Virus record (IMG/VR): IMGVR_UViG_3300040985_000229
Span: 1-39,538 of that record
Source of the DNA: a virus
Taxonomy: Duplodnaviria > Caudoviricetes
Reading direction: 5' to 3' (one strand)
DNA: 39,538 bases
The position numbers and the translations under genes were made by a program. A model generated the notes under the pieces. The model worked only from the letters and a program-made list of their open reading frames with translations. It was not told where the DNA came from and did not search any database. Numbering within the stretch: position 1 is the first letter of the stretch; every line of letters begins with the position of its first letter. Positions 19,501 through 28,185 of the stretch are shown here, in pieces.

Positions 19501-19797
19501 TTCTTTGAACTCAAAACAAGCGTTTGTTCCTAGACCTGGGACCTGAAAGCCCATTCCGTCTGTGCCTATATGTCTGAGTTCTCCTTCAGCAGGCCCCGCA
19601 GTCCAAATACCATCACTGGTTAGATCCCCTCTCCAAGATGCCGCAGGTGCACCCCAGTCAATGCAGTTTTCCGTCAGCCCTGGCTCATCACTATCTCCAG
19701 TAGGAGTATTACTTTGAGGAGATAAGATACCCGAACCACGGTATATGTCTTTCGGGGTCTTACTAGACAGAATTGTCTTGCCAGAAGCTCGGCTCAT
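16519..19797 (-). CDS. Multi-beta-propeller receptor-binding / tail protein (1092 aa)
   Basis: Repeated blades F..DG...f + L(S/G)(S/T)A(W/Y)D(I/L/V); start moved to ATG 19797 (TAATG overlap with the upstream stop). Confidence 0.72.
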   Translation of the reverse strand: MSRASGKTILSSKTPKDIYRGSGILSPQSNTPTGDSDEPGLTENCIDWGAPAASWRGDLTSDGIWTAGPAEGELRHIGTDGMGFQVPGLGTNACFEFKEGGTRLYLSYPNTSQAQGGLDKTTTYAASGKARILQVDLTSAYDLSTVDKSTVQFKEFDISGDMLPQAINNAAGIRFKDDGTKMFLMLQGRNPYDPSSKNGGERLYEFALSSAWDITSATLTASKDLSGYASSWSVEDTASWNFSTGGDKFFIFSTNKAGEAWEYTLGTNWDVTSTWTSQLHSNFITNVPANGGGGSSAWDPAVGLDGSKILDIWWDGKHGTSNDGEYLRIITDLGKIYRFDSGSGVTSYELGQPQLNAPTSNFLYTYSFMASSQYYMSQGGATFVNSGGNGYFFSFSDNGSTSYGRTLTRYTCGTGANVHQSISYPTPVTSIDISFDLQGNVYNRALTGQCVDDFHMTPEAQKKFYVFTENSFGGFIFKYDVLEALKKNPLMGGTINWEDTVSIEKLCKAQDANVDYVRSLNIKPDGTQFIVGAEDMSADNMWLYKFSLSSAWDIKPSSVSFSAKSSNVLTQWNPDQVRISPDGTLVTMNSVGYTVIGTTEMGTGWDVTTLVTATDSTSTSSSGDWWEIRNNNNASFDNGELRGFYFNKNGTVLCVCMDDHTAYDEKSGLYTYKLNTAYDIRTMSSGSSAGSTNRGQADLAYNQLWGVKTWAWKVYPWRCFLSHDRNYVYSVSSPEAIVDRNRTPAIQCLSQSQYYTGIVGSSTNYFDLSNTYRTPVSSDFKWASNGLYAYSHDKENIYRYKTDTAWDLSDLRRDQTLAKSTYGFQLDEPGSSRCMGIDISRDGTCLYFQTAFANPLPSGATIELGQIVLGTAYDLDGTINATDTYQYNPPTDYKPFSASYYGLNGLQVSDDQKDFFMLDTNPQSSGASPSATSVSAVQPNIKRFRFATASNISSAVTVTDDPLWSQTSPSNAGIGQGLVTAFHYTPGGKYLILHQDALGALVTYQCKTPFALPSESTYIGTATYSGKIGGYSGIQVDSSATKYFFTHSNTAQPQVYTRSSGSPYPDFTSGNVLGGAVSLFTANLGYNFSGAS

Positions 19798-21008
19798 TAT
19801 GCCATTCCTAGTCCAGAAACAAATCCATACCAAGTAGTCCCGCCATCTCTGGTGTACAGAGAAAACACATCCACCGCATTTGCTGCCGTAGATAGCGTAG
19901 GAGCTACCCCTTCTGCCCAGTCCAAACTGGCAGGCCATGTGACGGCATACTGACTTGATGCGTGCTGCTTAATTTCAAGAACCATGCTATATGCGGTTCC
20001 CGAAGCAGGGACATTGCTAAAGGCGATTGTGGTTGCTTCGGATAACTGCGTGCTAAAGTTATTTGCCGCAGCACAATCCAGTGTAGTAGTGTTACTAGAA
20101 CTTGAGACAGACACATACGTCTCTTGGTAGGATGCGGCCTTTACTTTACCCGACAAGTTAACCAAGCCTGATGCTTGAGTAACTACCTTGCCATCTTCTG
20201 AGGTGCCTAAAGCGGTTATGTCGTTGTAGTTTAACTCGGCACCAGTTGCGGTCACCCCAAGAGACGCAATAGCAGTGTCACCACTTTCTGCTACCCAGTT
20301 TACTCCGTCACCAACAATGAAGTTTCCGTTGGTTACAGCCAATCCCGCAATATCGGTAAGACCCGCATCATATGCTTGTACGTTTATTCCAATAGTCAGT
20401 CCAAGGTTGGTTCTTGCGCCTGAAGCTGACGATGCTCCTGTTCCTCCGTCAGCAATAGCAAGGTCAGTGATCCCCGAAACAGCGCCTCCCGTAATGGTGG
20501 CATTTGAGGAAGTAATAGCTCCCGTATATTCAGATGTGCCCGTAATCTTGACATCCGCTACTTCCAAGCCGTCAAGCATGTCCACGATGCCCGGACCTTT
20601 CGCCGCTACTATCTTGGTTTTGCCTGCCGAAATCGCAACTGTCCCGCCTGTGTTCTGACTGACAGTCATAGTATGGGAGGTGTTGTTGTGGATAATGTAC
20701 ACCTTAGACTGAGCATACAAAGCCGTGGCGTCATTCGATTTTATGAAAACGGTAAACGCGCCACTTGGACCCGCTCCTGCGGTAAATCGCAACGCCTTAT
20801 AATTGCCGTCTGCGTTAAGATCCGAAGCCTGAGTCATGTCGTTTGTGACAAGGTCAAAACTGGTGCCTGCTGCCAAGGTTATTTCTTTATAACCATGAGT
20901 GGCTCGATCCACCGCCTGCAAGTTAAGATTGGTCACAGTCCCCCATGTACCCGATTCTTCACCTGTACCTAGAAGGGCTAAACCATTTATATCTGAGTAT
21001 GTCGTCAT
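19797..21008 (-). CDS. Tail fibre / adaptor protein
   Basis: N-terminal GEESGTWGTVTNLNL anchor, LAIADGGTGASSASGARTNLGL fibre motif, C-terminal VTWPA...DGGTTWYG domain. Confidence 0.78.
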   Translation of the reverse strand: MTTYSDINGLALLGTGEESGTWGTVTNLNLQAVDRATHGYKEITLAAGTSFDLVTNDMTQASDLNADGNYKALRFTAGAGPSGAFTVFIKSNDATALYAQSKVYIIHNNTSHTMTVSQNTGGTVAISAGKTKIVAAKGPGIVDMLDGLEVADVKITGTSEYTGAITSSNATITGGAVSGITDLAIADGGTGASSASGARTNLGLTIGINVQAYDAGLTDIAGLAVTNGNFIVGDGVNWVAESGDTAIASLGVTATGAELNYNDITALGTSEDGKVVTQASGLVNLSGKVKAASYQETYVSVSSSSNTTTLDCAAANNFSTQLSEATTIAFSNVPASGTAYSMVLEIKQHASSQYAVTWPASLDWAEGVAPTLSTAANAVDVFSLYTRDGGTTWYGFVSGLGMA

Positions 21009-21017
21009 TTTTCCATC

Positions 21018-21434
21018 CTATAAAATAGTCTCACTCCAAGAAGCATTAGGATTAGGTGTTACATCACTATACTGTTTATTTGGGTTTGGAGCAACTGTGA
21101 CATAGTTATGAACCTGACTGGGAGTTTCAGTCGTCCAAGGCGCAACCGATGTTGGATCAACTGGCACATAGTTAATCCCCGGAACAACAGGATTAAAGTC
21201 CCAAACAAACACCGACCCAATCTTACCTATCATAGCCGCAGGAGCAGATATTGCTTCTTCTACGGTAACGAATCCTACTTCTCCTCGCAAGAAAGGAGGA
21301 GTAGGAGCAAGGACATAATTGACAAGAACACTGCCTACAGCAGTAGTGGCAGACACCCCTGTAACAAGTACCTCTACATTCGTACCTAAAGAACTTGCTA
21401 AAGGGGCTGCGGATATAGGGCCAGAACCAAGCAT
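21018..21434 (-). CDS. Tail-associated structural protein
   Basis: 138 aa, MLGSGPISAAPLAS start, TGVSATTAVGSV unit; SD AGGAG. Confidence 0.65.
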   Translation of the reverse strand: MLGSGPISAAPLASSLGTNVEVLVTGVSATTAVGSVLVNYVLAPTPPFLRGEVGFVTVEEAISAPAAMIGKIGSVFVWDFNPVVPGINYVPVDPTSVAPWTTETPSQVHNYVTVAPNPNKQYSDVTPNPNASWSETIL

Positions 21435-21443
21435 CTTTTCTCC

Positions 21444-22430
21444 TTAATACGTTGTAGTGTTTCCGTCATCGTCGGCTTGAGTTGCAAGTGTTAAAGGAAA
21501 CGCCCTTGCTGCTCCCCACATTATACGGACGCCTCCTGCACTTCCTGCTCCGCCGCCATACGCAGAGTCGTCTTCTGCGCCAGTGCCGCCGCCGCCATAC
21601 TGCCCTGTTCTCGCCGTGGTCGAGGTTACAAGGCCCCCATCATACCCATGAGTAGTGGTCTGATTTCCACTGTTATTAGCCGCCGCCGCAGCGCCACTTG
21701 TGACTTCACCAAAAAGACGAGCGCCACCACCACCACTGGTGACAAGAGAATTGTAACCGTTTACCGCGCCGCCGCCGCCGCCACCGCCACCCGCTCCTGC
21801 GGATGGCGAAATGTTATAGTACCCGCCAACGCCGCCGTTACCAGAGTATCCTGCCGCGCCGCCGCCTCCAGAACCCCCGTTTCCACTGACCCCGCCTCGG
21901 CCACCGCCACCCGTGCCGCCACCGCCGCCAAGAGTTCCACTGGAATTGCCCCCGCCATTGGCGAGTACCGCAGCATTACTGATGCTATACGTCCCTTTGT
22001 TCCCTCCATCGGCGCGAGCCACGTCTGAAGCGCTTATCTGAACATATGAGTCGCCGCCATCCGCTGCGTTGTTGTTCCCTGCCGCAGACCCGCCGCTGCC
22101 GCCACCGCCTACAACAACTGGGATAGAAGCCCCCGGAGTGACTGATATTGAGTTCCTCCAGTGAAGACCACCTCCGCTGCCGCCACCGCCAGAAATACCA
22201 TTCGATGCAAGTGTTGAAGCAGAAGCCCCGCCGCCCCCGCCTACGCACACAATTGATACAGATGTAACACCAACTGGGACTGTCCAGTTTGTTGTTCCAA
22301 CCGTCTCAAAAACAGCAGAACCTAGAGGAGGAACATTGTTCTCAATATAAGAATCTTCTAGCCCCCAAACACCATCGCCGGGGTACGGAATTTTTTCTCC
22401 TATTATTCCTCCGTTTATTCTCCAGTTCAT
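21444..22430 (-). CDS. Glycine-rich adhesin-like protein, copy 2 (328 aa)
   Basis: WTVPVGVTSVSIVCVGGGGG...GGGGAAGYSG...GGVRIMWG; polyglycine-II type domain. Confidence 0.8.
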   Translation of the reverse strand: MNWRINGGIIGEKIPYPGDGVWGLEDSYIENNVPPLGSAVFETVGTTNWTVPVGVTSVSIVCVGGGGGASASTLASNGISGGGGSGGGLHWRNSISVTPGASIPVVVGGGGSGGSAAGNNNAADGGDSYVQISASDVARADGGNKGTYSISNAAVLANGGGNSSGTLGGGGGTGGGGRGGVSGNGGSGGGGAAGYSGNGGVGGYYNISPSAGAGGGGGGGGAVNGYNSLVTSGGGGARLFGEVTSGAAAAANNSGNQTTTHGYDGGLVTSTTARTGQYGGGGTGAEDDSAYGGGAGSAGGVRIMWGAARAFPLTLATQADDDGNTTTY

Positions 22431-22439
22431 GTGTTTAAC

Positions 22440-23426
22440 CTATACAATAGTCACATTACCATTACTATCAGACACAGCGGTATTTGTGCTAGGATAAGCC
22501 CGCCCTGCGCCCCATATTATACGAACTGCGCCCTGACCGCCATCGCCCCCAGTGCCTGAATAAACACTACTGTTTCCGCCGCCGCCTGCGCCGTATGTGC
22601 CCCCATCTTGCGTCCCCGACCCAATGTTGCCGTCAGTGCCTCCTGAACCGCCCCCCGCAGCAAGATTACTGCCTCCCTGAGTACCATTAGCCCCGGCTTC
22701 AAATAATCCTACACCGCCGCCGCCATAACTTTTATATAATGAGCTGCTATATCCGCCACCACCACCGCCGTCCCCACTATAAGATCCACCCGCGTACCTG
22801 TTGTCCCCTGTGCCTCCTACCGAACTATACCCTGCGGCACCGCCGCCGCCCGCAGGGCCGTATCCAGACGATCCAAACCCTTCTGATGGGCCTCCGTTAT
22901 TTCCTACCGCCGTCTTGCCTGAAGTCACAGAATAAGTTCCCCCAGATATGGTTGTGGCGTACCGTCCGGGGTTTCCGCCATTTGCCTGAAAAGCTACACT
23001 ATCTCCTACGCCGTCAGTACCAGTAAAAGAACTAACTCCGCCCCCTGTTGACCCTGCACTGTACGCCCCATTTTGCCCTGATGCTCCTGCATTTATCGAA
23101 AAAGTTGCCCCCGGAGTAACAGACAGACTCGCCACATAAACAAGTGCCCCGCCCCCGCCGCCATTCATGCGATACGAATGAGTACTGCTGTTACTATTAT
23201 AGTACATGCCGCCCCCGCCCGCTCCAATACACACCAAACTAATATTTGTAATACGTGGAGGAACGGTAAATACATGTGTCCCAGTAGTCGTATATTGGAT
23301 CTCGCCAACAGTAGGGACGTTTAACGCTAAATACGGGCTTTTTAGATCGTATATGCCGCTTTGAGGATACTCTATGCTTGGTCTAGCTCCGAATATACTC
23401 CCCGATTTACGCCAAGGATGTACCAT
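22440..23426 (-). CDS. Glycine-rich adhesin-like protein, copy 1 (328 aa)
   Basis: FTVPPRITNISLVCIGAGGGG...GGGGAAGYS...GAVRIIWG; paralogue of the neighbouring gene. Confidence 0.8.
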   Translation of the reverse strand: MVHPWRKSGSIFGARPSIEYPQSGIYDLKSPYLALNVPTVGEIQYTTTGTHVFTVPPRITNISLVCIGAGGGGMYYNSNSSTHSYRMNGGGGGALVYVASLSVTPGATFSINAGASGQNGAYSAGSTGGGVSSFTGTDGVGDSVAFQANGGNPGRYATTISGGTYSVTSGKTAVGNNGGPSEGFGSSGYGPAGGGGAAGYSSVGGTGDNRYAGGSYSGDGGGGGGYSSSLYKSYGGGGVGLFEAGANGTQGGSNLAAGGGSGGTDGNIGSGTQDGGTYGAGGGGNSSVYSGTGGDGGQGAVRIIWGAGRAYPSTNTAVSDSNGNVTIV

Positions 23427-23434
23427 ATTGCATC

Positions 23435-23800
23435 CTATGCGTCATCAATTTCTTCGTAAGATATAAGCATATTACTAACGGCAGTCACACTTGCTCCGCA
23501 CCTTATTGCATCCCCTTCTTCTAGATAAAGAGCAGTGTCTTTACTAATTAGAACTAGAGTAGATTCTACGGGCACATTTACATCTGAGGCAAACGTGCGA
23601 GAGGTAAACGCGCTAGCGTCATAAAACTTTGCCTCAACTGTTATATCTGCCGTATGCTCATTTGCAACTAGGATAGTATTTATTTTTAAAACCTTATTTG
23701 ACGGGCAAACTAGGCGGTTACTAGTGGAGCTTGTCGTCAATTGCACTTGTGTGGTTTTACCGTATATACTGGATACGTTTACAATATTTGGTGCTGCCAT
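23435..23800 (-). CDS. Small beta-rich fibre-tip connector protein
   Basis: MAAPNIVNVSSIYGKT...LYLEEGDAI...ISYEEID; sits between a fibre and the Gly-rich genes. Confidence 0.68.
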   Translation of the reverse strand: MAAPNIVNVSSIYGKTTQVQLTTSSTSNRLVCPSNKVLKINTILVANEHTADITVEAKFYDASAFTSRTFASDVNVPVESTLVLISKDTALYLEEGDAIRCGASVTAVSNMLISYEEIDDA

Positions 23801-23809
23801 TTTCTTTTC

Positions 23810-25648
23810 CTATCCGAATATCATAGCCATCGCGATGGCTTTGCCGGGCACATTAGCCTCTAACGCAACTGTTCCTGTTTCTGCGGGTAAAGTAACGGTG
23901 TAATCCGCGCCTAATGAAGACGGCGCGATAACATCCACATAATTTGCCCCCGCAGCGGCCTCATGAAACCGAACTGTTCCTGCGGTAGATGTGTCCTGTA
24001 CAGCAAGGCGACCTGTCTTTACGGTCACACCATCACTATTGACCCTAGCACGTTCTGCCCCTGCCGCATTAAAGGCTATATTACTGCTACTGGGTCTCGT
24101 TATTGTAGAATTACTGTCAGTTAAAGTGACGCCACTATTAGCGAACAAAGACGGGTAAATACTGACACCAGTATTGGTTATATAAATACGGTCTGAGCCA
24201 TTTGTTTTAAATGTCTGGGTATTCGATCCAAATAGAATTTCGTTGGTAGCGTTACCGTTGTGCCTCATGCCGTTATCAACATCAGCATAACCTGAAATAT
24301 CTACACCAACACTGGTCGTTTTTATTTTTTCAGTCCCATAATAGTGCAGCTTCGCTTGGCCTGTTGAACCATCTGCCGTGAAATACTCAGTAAAACTACC
24401 ACTGCCATTGTCAGATCGTAGAATTATATCTTTGCCATTCGCATTATTTGTAATGTAAAAATCACCAGACTCATTATTAATAAAACCGTAAGGGCCAAAT
24501 GAAAAATAACCCATCGTCACGTCATTACTATTCCCAAATTTTACATATTCATTGTCAGGAAAACTTACATCATCGGTGAACGTGCCGCCTGCAAATGTCG
24601 GGGTGTCGGAGGTTCCCACTGCTTGACCAATAGAAAACTCTGTGCCCGTTATGGACATGCCCGTGCCTGCGGTGTAAATCGGAGCGTCAGAAACAAGCGC
24701 AAAAACAATGTTGGTTGTGCCAAACGTGATTACTCCTGATGTAGTCATCACATCTAGCTCACCACCGTGAACCGTACCCTCAGTAACAAAGAAAGCATCG
24801 CCTTCCCCAAACGCATCTGGGTCACTAGGTGCGTATGAATCTGCGTCAGTGGCTCTCGTAAGCACCCAGTTAGTGCTGCCACTACCAATATTGGTGACAG
24901 TGTATACGCCATTGTGGACTTGGTTAGTCTGTAACTGAATTAAAACTCGATCACTGGTGGACACAGTAACCCCGTCTATAACCAATGCCGCTTGCGCTCC
25001 TGAGTTAGTTAATGTGGCTCCCACCCCGCTTGAACCATTATTATATGTAGCGGTAAGATTTGCGGTGGCTTGGCAACGAACAGGTTGATGGTAATGAATA
25101 CCCGCAGCAGCAATCGTATCTACATACTGCTTCGTAGCCCCCTGCAACGCTATCGTAGGGTCTCCGTCTAGTATTAGGTTACCTGTCATTGTGCCGCCTG
25201 CCTTGGGCAGAGCGTTGTTCGCTGTAGTGGTAGTGCTAGTCAGTACCGTGTCACGAGTAGCAATATCTACCCCATCTACGGTCCCCGTTACGGTAATATC
25301 CCCCGTAACACCGATTGAACCAGTGAAATTTCCGCCATCTGCGGGGACAATATCCTCCGCAGCTACTGTAATCATTACTAAGGCATCCGCCGTGGCATTG
25401 ATTCTATTATTAGAGTTAGTGCTTTCAAGAACTGTTCTAGTCAACGAATTAGAGGCAGTGGTAAAGACACCACTTCCTATCTCAAAATTGGCTCCATCTT
25501 CTATTACGTATCGCACCGTCTGGGAGTTGGTGACCCCAGAATCCGTAACGGATTGAAACCCCTCTTCAGGCGTTCCTAAAGACATAGAAGCTGAAGTGCC
25601 AGGGGCGGATGCTACCGCTACTTTAACTCGGTTAGATAAAACTGGCAT
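23810..25648 (-). CDS. Tail fibre protein
   Basis: GGTMTGNL..GDPT..LQGATKQYVD, QTNQVHNGVYTVT...WVLTRATDAD, YTVTLPAETGTV, C-terminal GKAIAMAMIFG. Confidence 0.85.
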   Translation of the reverse strand: MPVLSNRVKVAVASAPGTSASMSLGTPEEGFQSVTDSGVTNSQTVRYVIEDGANFEIGSGVFTTASNSLTRTVLESTNSNNRINATADALVMITVAAEDIVPADGGNFTGSIGVTGDITVTGTVDGVDIATRDTVLTSTTTTANNALPKAGGTMTGNLILDGDPTIALQGATKQYVDTIAAAGIHYHQPVRCQATANLTATYNNGSSGVGATLTNSGAQAALVIDGVTVSTSDRVLIQLQTNQVHNGVYTVTNIGSGSTNWVLTRATDADSYAPSDPDAFGEGDAFFVTEGTVHGGELDVMTTSGVITFGTTNIVFALVSDAPIYTAGTGMSITGTEFSIGQAVGTSDTPTFAGGTFTDDVSFPDNEYVKFGNSNDVTMGYFSFGPYGFINNESGDFYITNNANGKDIILRSDNGSGSFTEYFTADGSTGQAKLHYYGTEKIKTTSVGVDISGYADVDNGMRHNGNATNEILFGSNTQTFKTNGSDRIYITNTGVSIYPSLFANSGVTLTDSNSTITRPSSSNIAFNAAGAERARVNSDGVTVKTGRLAVQDTSTAGTVRFHEAAAGANYVDVIAPSSLGADYTVTLPAETGTVALEANVPGKAIAMAMIFG

Positions 25649-25660
25649 TTCAACCCTCTA

Positions 25661-26134
25661 TTAAGCAACACGAATTATGGCATTACTCGCGTCCGCGTTA
25701 GGAAACACAATCTGGAACGTACCGCTAGAAGACGATTTATCTGCGCCAAAAGCCAAAATACAGACCGTAGCGTTAGCCGTTACGGATGCTGCGGGAGTAG
25801 TGTTATAGATGAATGCACCAAAAGAGGTAAGAGATGAAGACCCCCATTCAGCGGTGTCAAAATCTGCAACAGCCGTGCTGCCGTCTAAAGTAGGATTGAT
25901 GTTGGTTAATGCAATCCCTGTTATGGTATACCCAGACGCAGTTGGCAATTCGTCACTTCCCGCAATATCGGTGGTATAGTTCGTCGTTGCCGCTCCATAC
26001 GTACCGCTTCCCCCGGCTTGAGCCACGAACAAACCTATTTTCAAGGCATCTTCTCCTGCCCTTAGATCATGTGCGCCAAAAAGCAGTTCCTTTTTGAACG
26101 AATTACACATCGCTGTAGTCAATGTTATTGCCAT
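25661..26134 (-). CDS. Conserved virion structural protein (fibre attachment region)
   Basis: AMCNSFKKELL.GAHD...ILAFGADKSSSSGTFQIVFP...AIIRVA. Confidence 0.7.
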   Translation of the reverse strand: MAITLTTAMCNSFKKELLFGAHDLRAGEDALKIGLFVAQAGGSGTYGAATTNYTTDIAGSDELPTASGYTITGIALTNINPTLDGSTAVADFDTAEWGSSSLTSFGAFIYNTTPAASVTANATVCILAFGADKSSSSGTFQIVFPNADASNAIIRVA

Positions 26135-26407
26135 TTAAATTCTCCTTATAAGCTCCGCCAATTTAGGATGACCTGCGTCTACTATCGCATTATACACAGT
26201 TATTCGATCATTGCGAACTGATCTTTTCATGTAGTGAGTCATCACTGAAATCAGCTTGTTTCTGAAGTCATTTGCCTGTTCTCTTATCTCAGGAGTAGCA
26301 TCATCGGAAATATACACAAGCTTATCCGCGCACTGCTCCGCAAGTTCTTCGGGCGTTAAACCTCGGTGGTCGGTAGTAATAACCTTAAATGCAAGAGACT
26401 CTATCAT
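26135..26407 (-). CDS. Hypothetical phage protein
   Basis: 90 aa, ATGA-coupled within the operon. Confidence 0.7.
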   Translation of the reverse strand: MIESLAFKVITTDHRGLTPEELAEQCADKLVYISDDATPEIREQANDFRNKLISVMTHYMKRSVRNDRITVYNAIVDAGHPKLAELIRRI

Positions 26408-27372
26408 TGTTTCTGCCGTATAACCTTCCCTAGGCGATACTCGTCCGTAGTCTGTTTGGCTTCACCTAGTTGCTTCAATCCCTGCAACGACTCATTAAAT
26501 CGAGCCGTGTACATCTGCATAACATCTGCCTCAGATTTCATAAAGATGCCTGCCTCGATCAATGCACCATAAAACATACCCATCTCAGCGTTTTGACTTA
26601 GCCATGTAGTTCCTGAACCTGCCCCCGAAGTTAAGCTTACAGGCCGATAAAAATACGTTAGCTGAATAGTGTATGGCGCGTTGGGAGGAGGAGATACGAT
26701 AAAGTTGTCGTTATCAAACTGCGCGTAATATCTCGGTGCCCCAGTCGAAGAAGGATTAGATGTGTAAGACCGTAAAAAACTCGGGTCCTTAAAGTCTAAA
26801 TACTCCGAAGAATCTGCGAGGGCGGTGTTGTAATAGGAAGAATAAGACCCTTGATTAGCTGCCATATACGGCAACATTGTGCCCTCTATATAGGTCACAA
26901 CCGCATCCGTAAGAGAAGCGTCTTTAGTTGCGCCCAACCATTTCCAACTAATGTAGTGGTTTATTGTAGTAGAATCAAACGCAGTCACCGTATCTGTGTT
27001 GTCTAAATCTGCTAAAGGTCTGCCGGGGGTCGCTTCAGCCGTAACAAAAAGTGCAACAGAAGATGCAGGAGTCCCTGCCGCCGCCTCTAGTATTCCTAAT
27101 GTTAGGTTGTATGCACTGTCTCCATATGGAAATGGATTGGCAGAAAAGCTCAACGAAAACGGAGCTAAAAAATCAGAAGGGACATTTAAGTACTGGTTTC
27201 CTGCGATGAGATTGGCCTGTTGGCTCTTACGAAACAAACTTAGTTGAACCGTTTTAAGAATTCGTTCCTCTGCCATCCGAATAAACAGAGGCAAGTTAGC
27301 GGTAAACGTAGCCTCATCATTATCAGTATATTGCTGTATCGCCGTTTTTAGCTCGTCATATGTAAACGCCAT
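26404..27372 (-). CDS. Head-tail adaptor-like protein with an internal ~105-aa insertion
   Basis: TYDELKTAIQQY...FIRMAEERI...YLNVPSDFL; GAPRYYA...VSPPPNAPY.IQL.Y; TTWLSQNA...YGALIEA. Confidence 0.75.
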   Translation of the reverse strand: MAFTYDELKTAIQQYTDNDEATFTANLPLFIRMAEERILKTVQLSLFRKSQQANLIAGNQYLNVPSDFLAPFSLSFSANPFPYGDSAYNLTLGILEAAAGTPASSVALFVTAEATPGRPLADLDNTDTVTAFDSTTINHYISWKWLGATKDASLTDAVVTYIEGTMLPYMAANQGSYSSYYNTALADSSEYLDFKDPSFLRSYTSNPSSTGAPRYYAQFDNDNFIVSPPPNAPYTIQLTYFYRPVSLTSGAGSGTTWLSQNAEMGMFYGALIEAGIFMKSEADVMQMYTARFNESLQGLKQLGEAKQTTDEYRLGKVIRQKQ

Positions 27373-28185
27373 TTATGCCTCCACCGTAATCGGGCCTGCG
27401 GATACACCGCTACCGCCGAACCTTTCATTGTCAATAGCGCTTCTCACAATAAACTCAATCCCGATGGCTTGGTATTGCGCCAGACGTTCTTCTGTAAGCG
27501 TCATGTAATCCGTCATCTCACTCTCAATAAAAGTGGTTTGATCCACAGGGATGGCTATATTAGTTTCCCACTTGAGCGCTTGTAACGAGTCTTGTGAATA
27601 GACCGACCCATTGTTGTCAATATCTCCAAGTTTTCTGCCACCGCCAATGTCCACATTAAATAGGGTTGCTTGAGGCTCTAATGCCGCCACCGCCTCCACA
27701 ATGGGAATGCTAATGTTCCCATAGGTACGAGCTATTGAATTTGCAGGTCGGTCTGTCACTGCAATAGAGAAAGAATCCGCCGTATTCGCGGTGATTGTGT
27801 GCCCTTCTGCTCTATTAAGAAACGCCGCTGTAATGTGTAAAACAGGAGGAGCATCCCTAAAACGAACAATATCGCCTGTTTTACGGGAAGTTCCTGGCTC
27901 TATGACCTGAAAGCTTATTGTTGCAGAATTATAGGCAGAGGACAAAACAAACGGATTGTTTTCTAATAAAACCTCAACAGGAGGTTCTACTCGATCTGGT
28001 CGTGCGTTCTGAATAGCCTGTGGATCAGGAGAGATCCTAGGAGGGAATAATTGAGGATGTTTCGGCTCGTACTCATCTGGGCCAACAAGAGATCCTGTCC
28101 ATTCCTTCTTCATTGTCCGCAAGCGATAGCGCCTGCCTGACCTGTCAGATATTCCCCATGCTTTACTGCCGCTAGCGTATGCCAT
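27373..28185 (-). CDS. Head-completion / neck-associated protein with an internal ~100-aa insertion
   Basis: GISDRSGRRY...KEWTGSLVGPDEYEPKHPQL N-terminus, then a beta domain (RKTGDIVRFR); TAATG-coupled. Confidence 0.7.
   Translation of the reverse strand: MAYASGSKAWGISDRSGRRYRLRTMKKEWTGSLVGPDEYEPKHPQLFPPRISPDPQAIQNARPDRVEPPVEVLLENNPFVLSSAYNSATISFQVIEPGTSRKTGDIVRFRDAPPVLHITAAFLNRAEGHTITANTADSFSIAVTDRPANSIARTYGNISIPIVEAVAALEPQATLFNVDIGGGRKLGDIDNNGSVYSQDSLQALKWETNIAIPVDQTTFIESEMTDYMTLTEERLAQYQAIGIEFIVRSAIDNERFGGSGVSAGPITVEA

Noticed and set aside
19798-19938. 47-aa N-terminal extension of the propeller ORF
   Set aside because: Overlaps the upstream gene; ATG 19797 gives a clean TAATG coupling
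21444-23426. Diversity-generating retroelement TR/VR pair or invertible cassette
   Set aside because: Differences are not adenine-specific, nucleotide identity is low, and no reverse transcriptase or invertase is in the window
26815-27747. Insertions as inteins or introns
   Set aside because: No Cys/Ser...His-Asn splice junctions or endonuclease motifs; frames are intact
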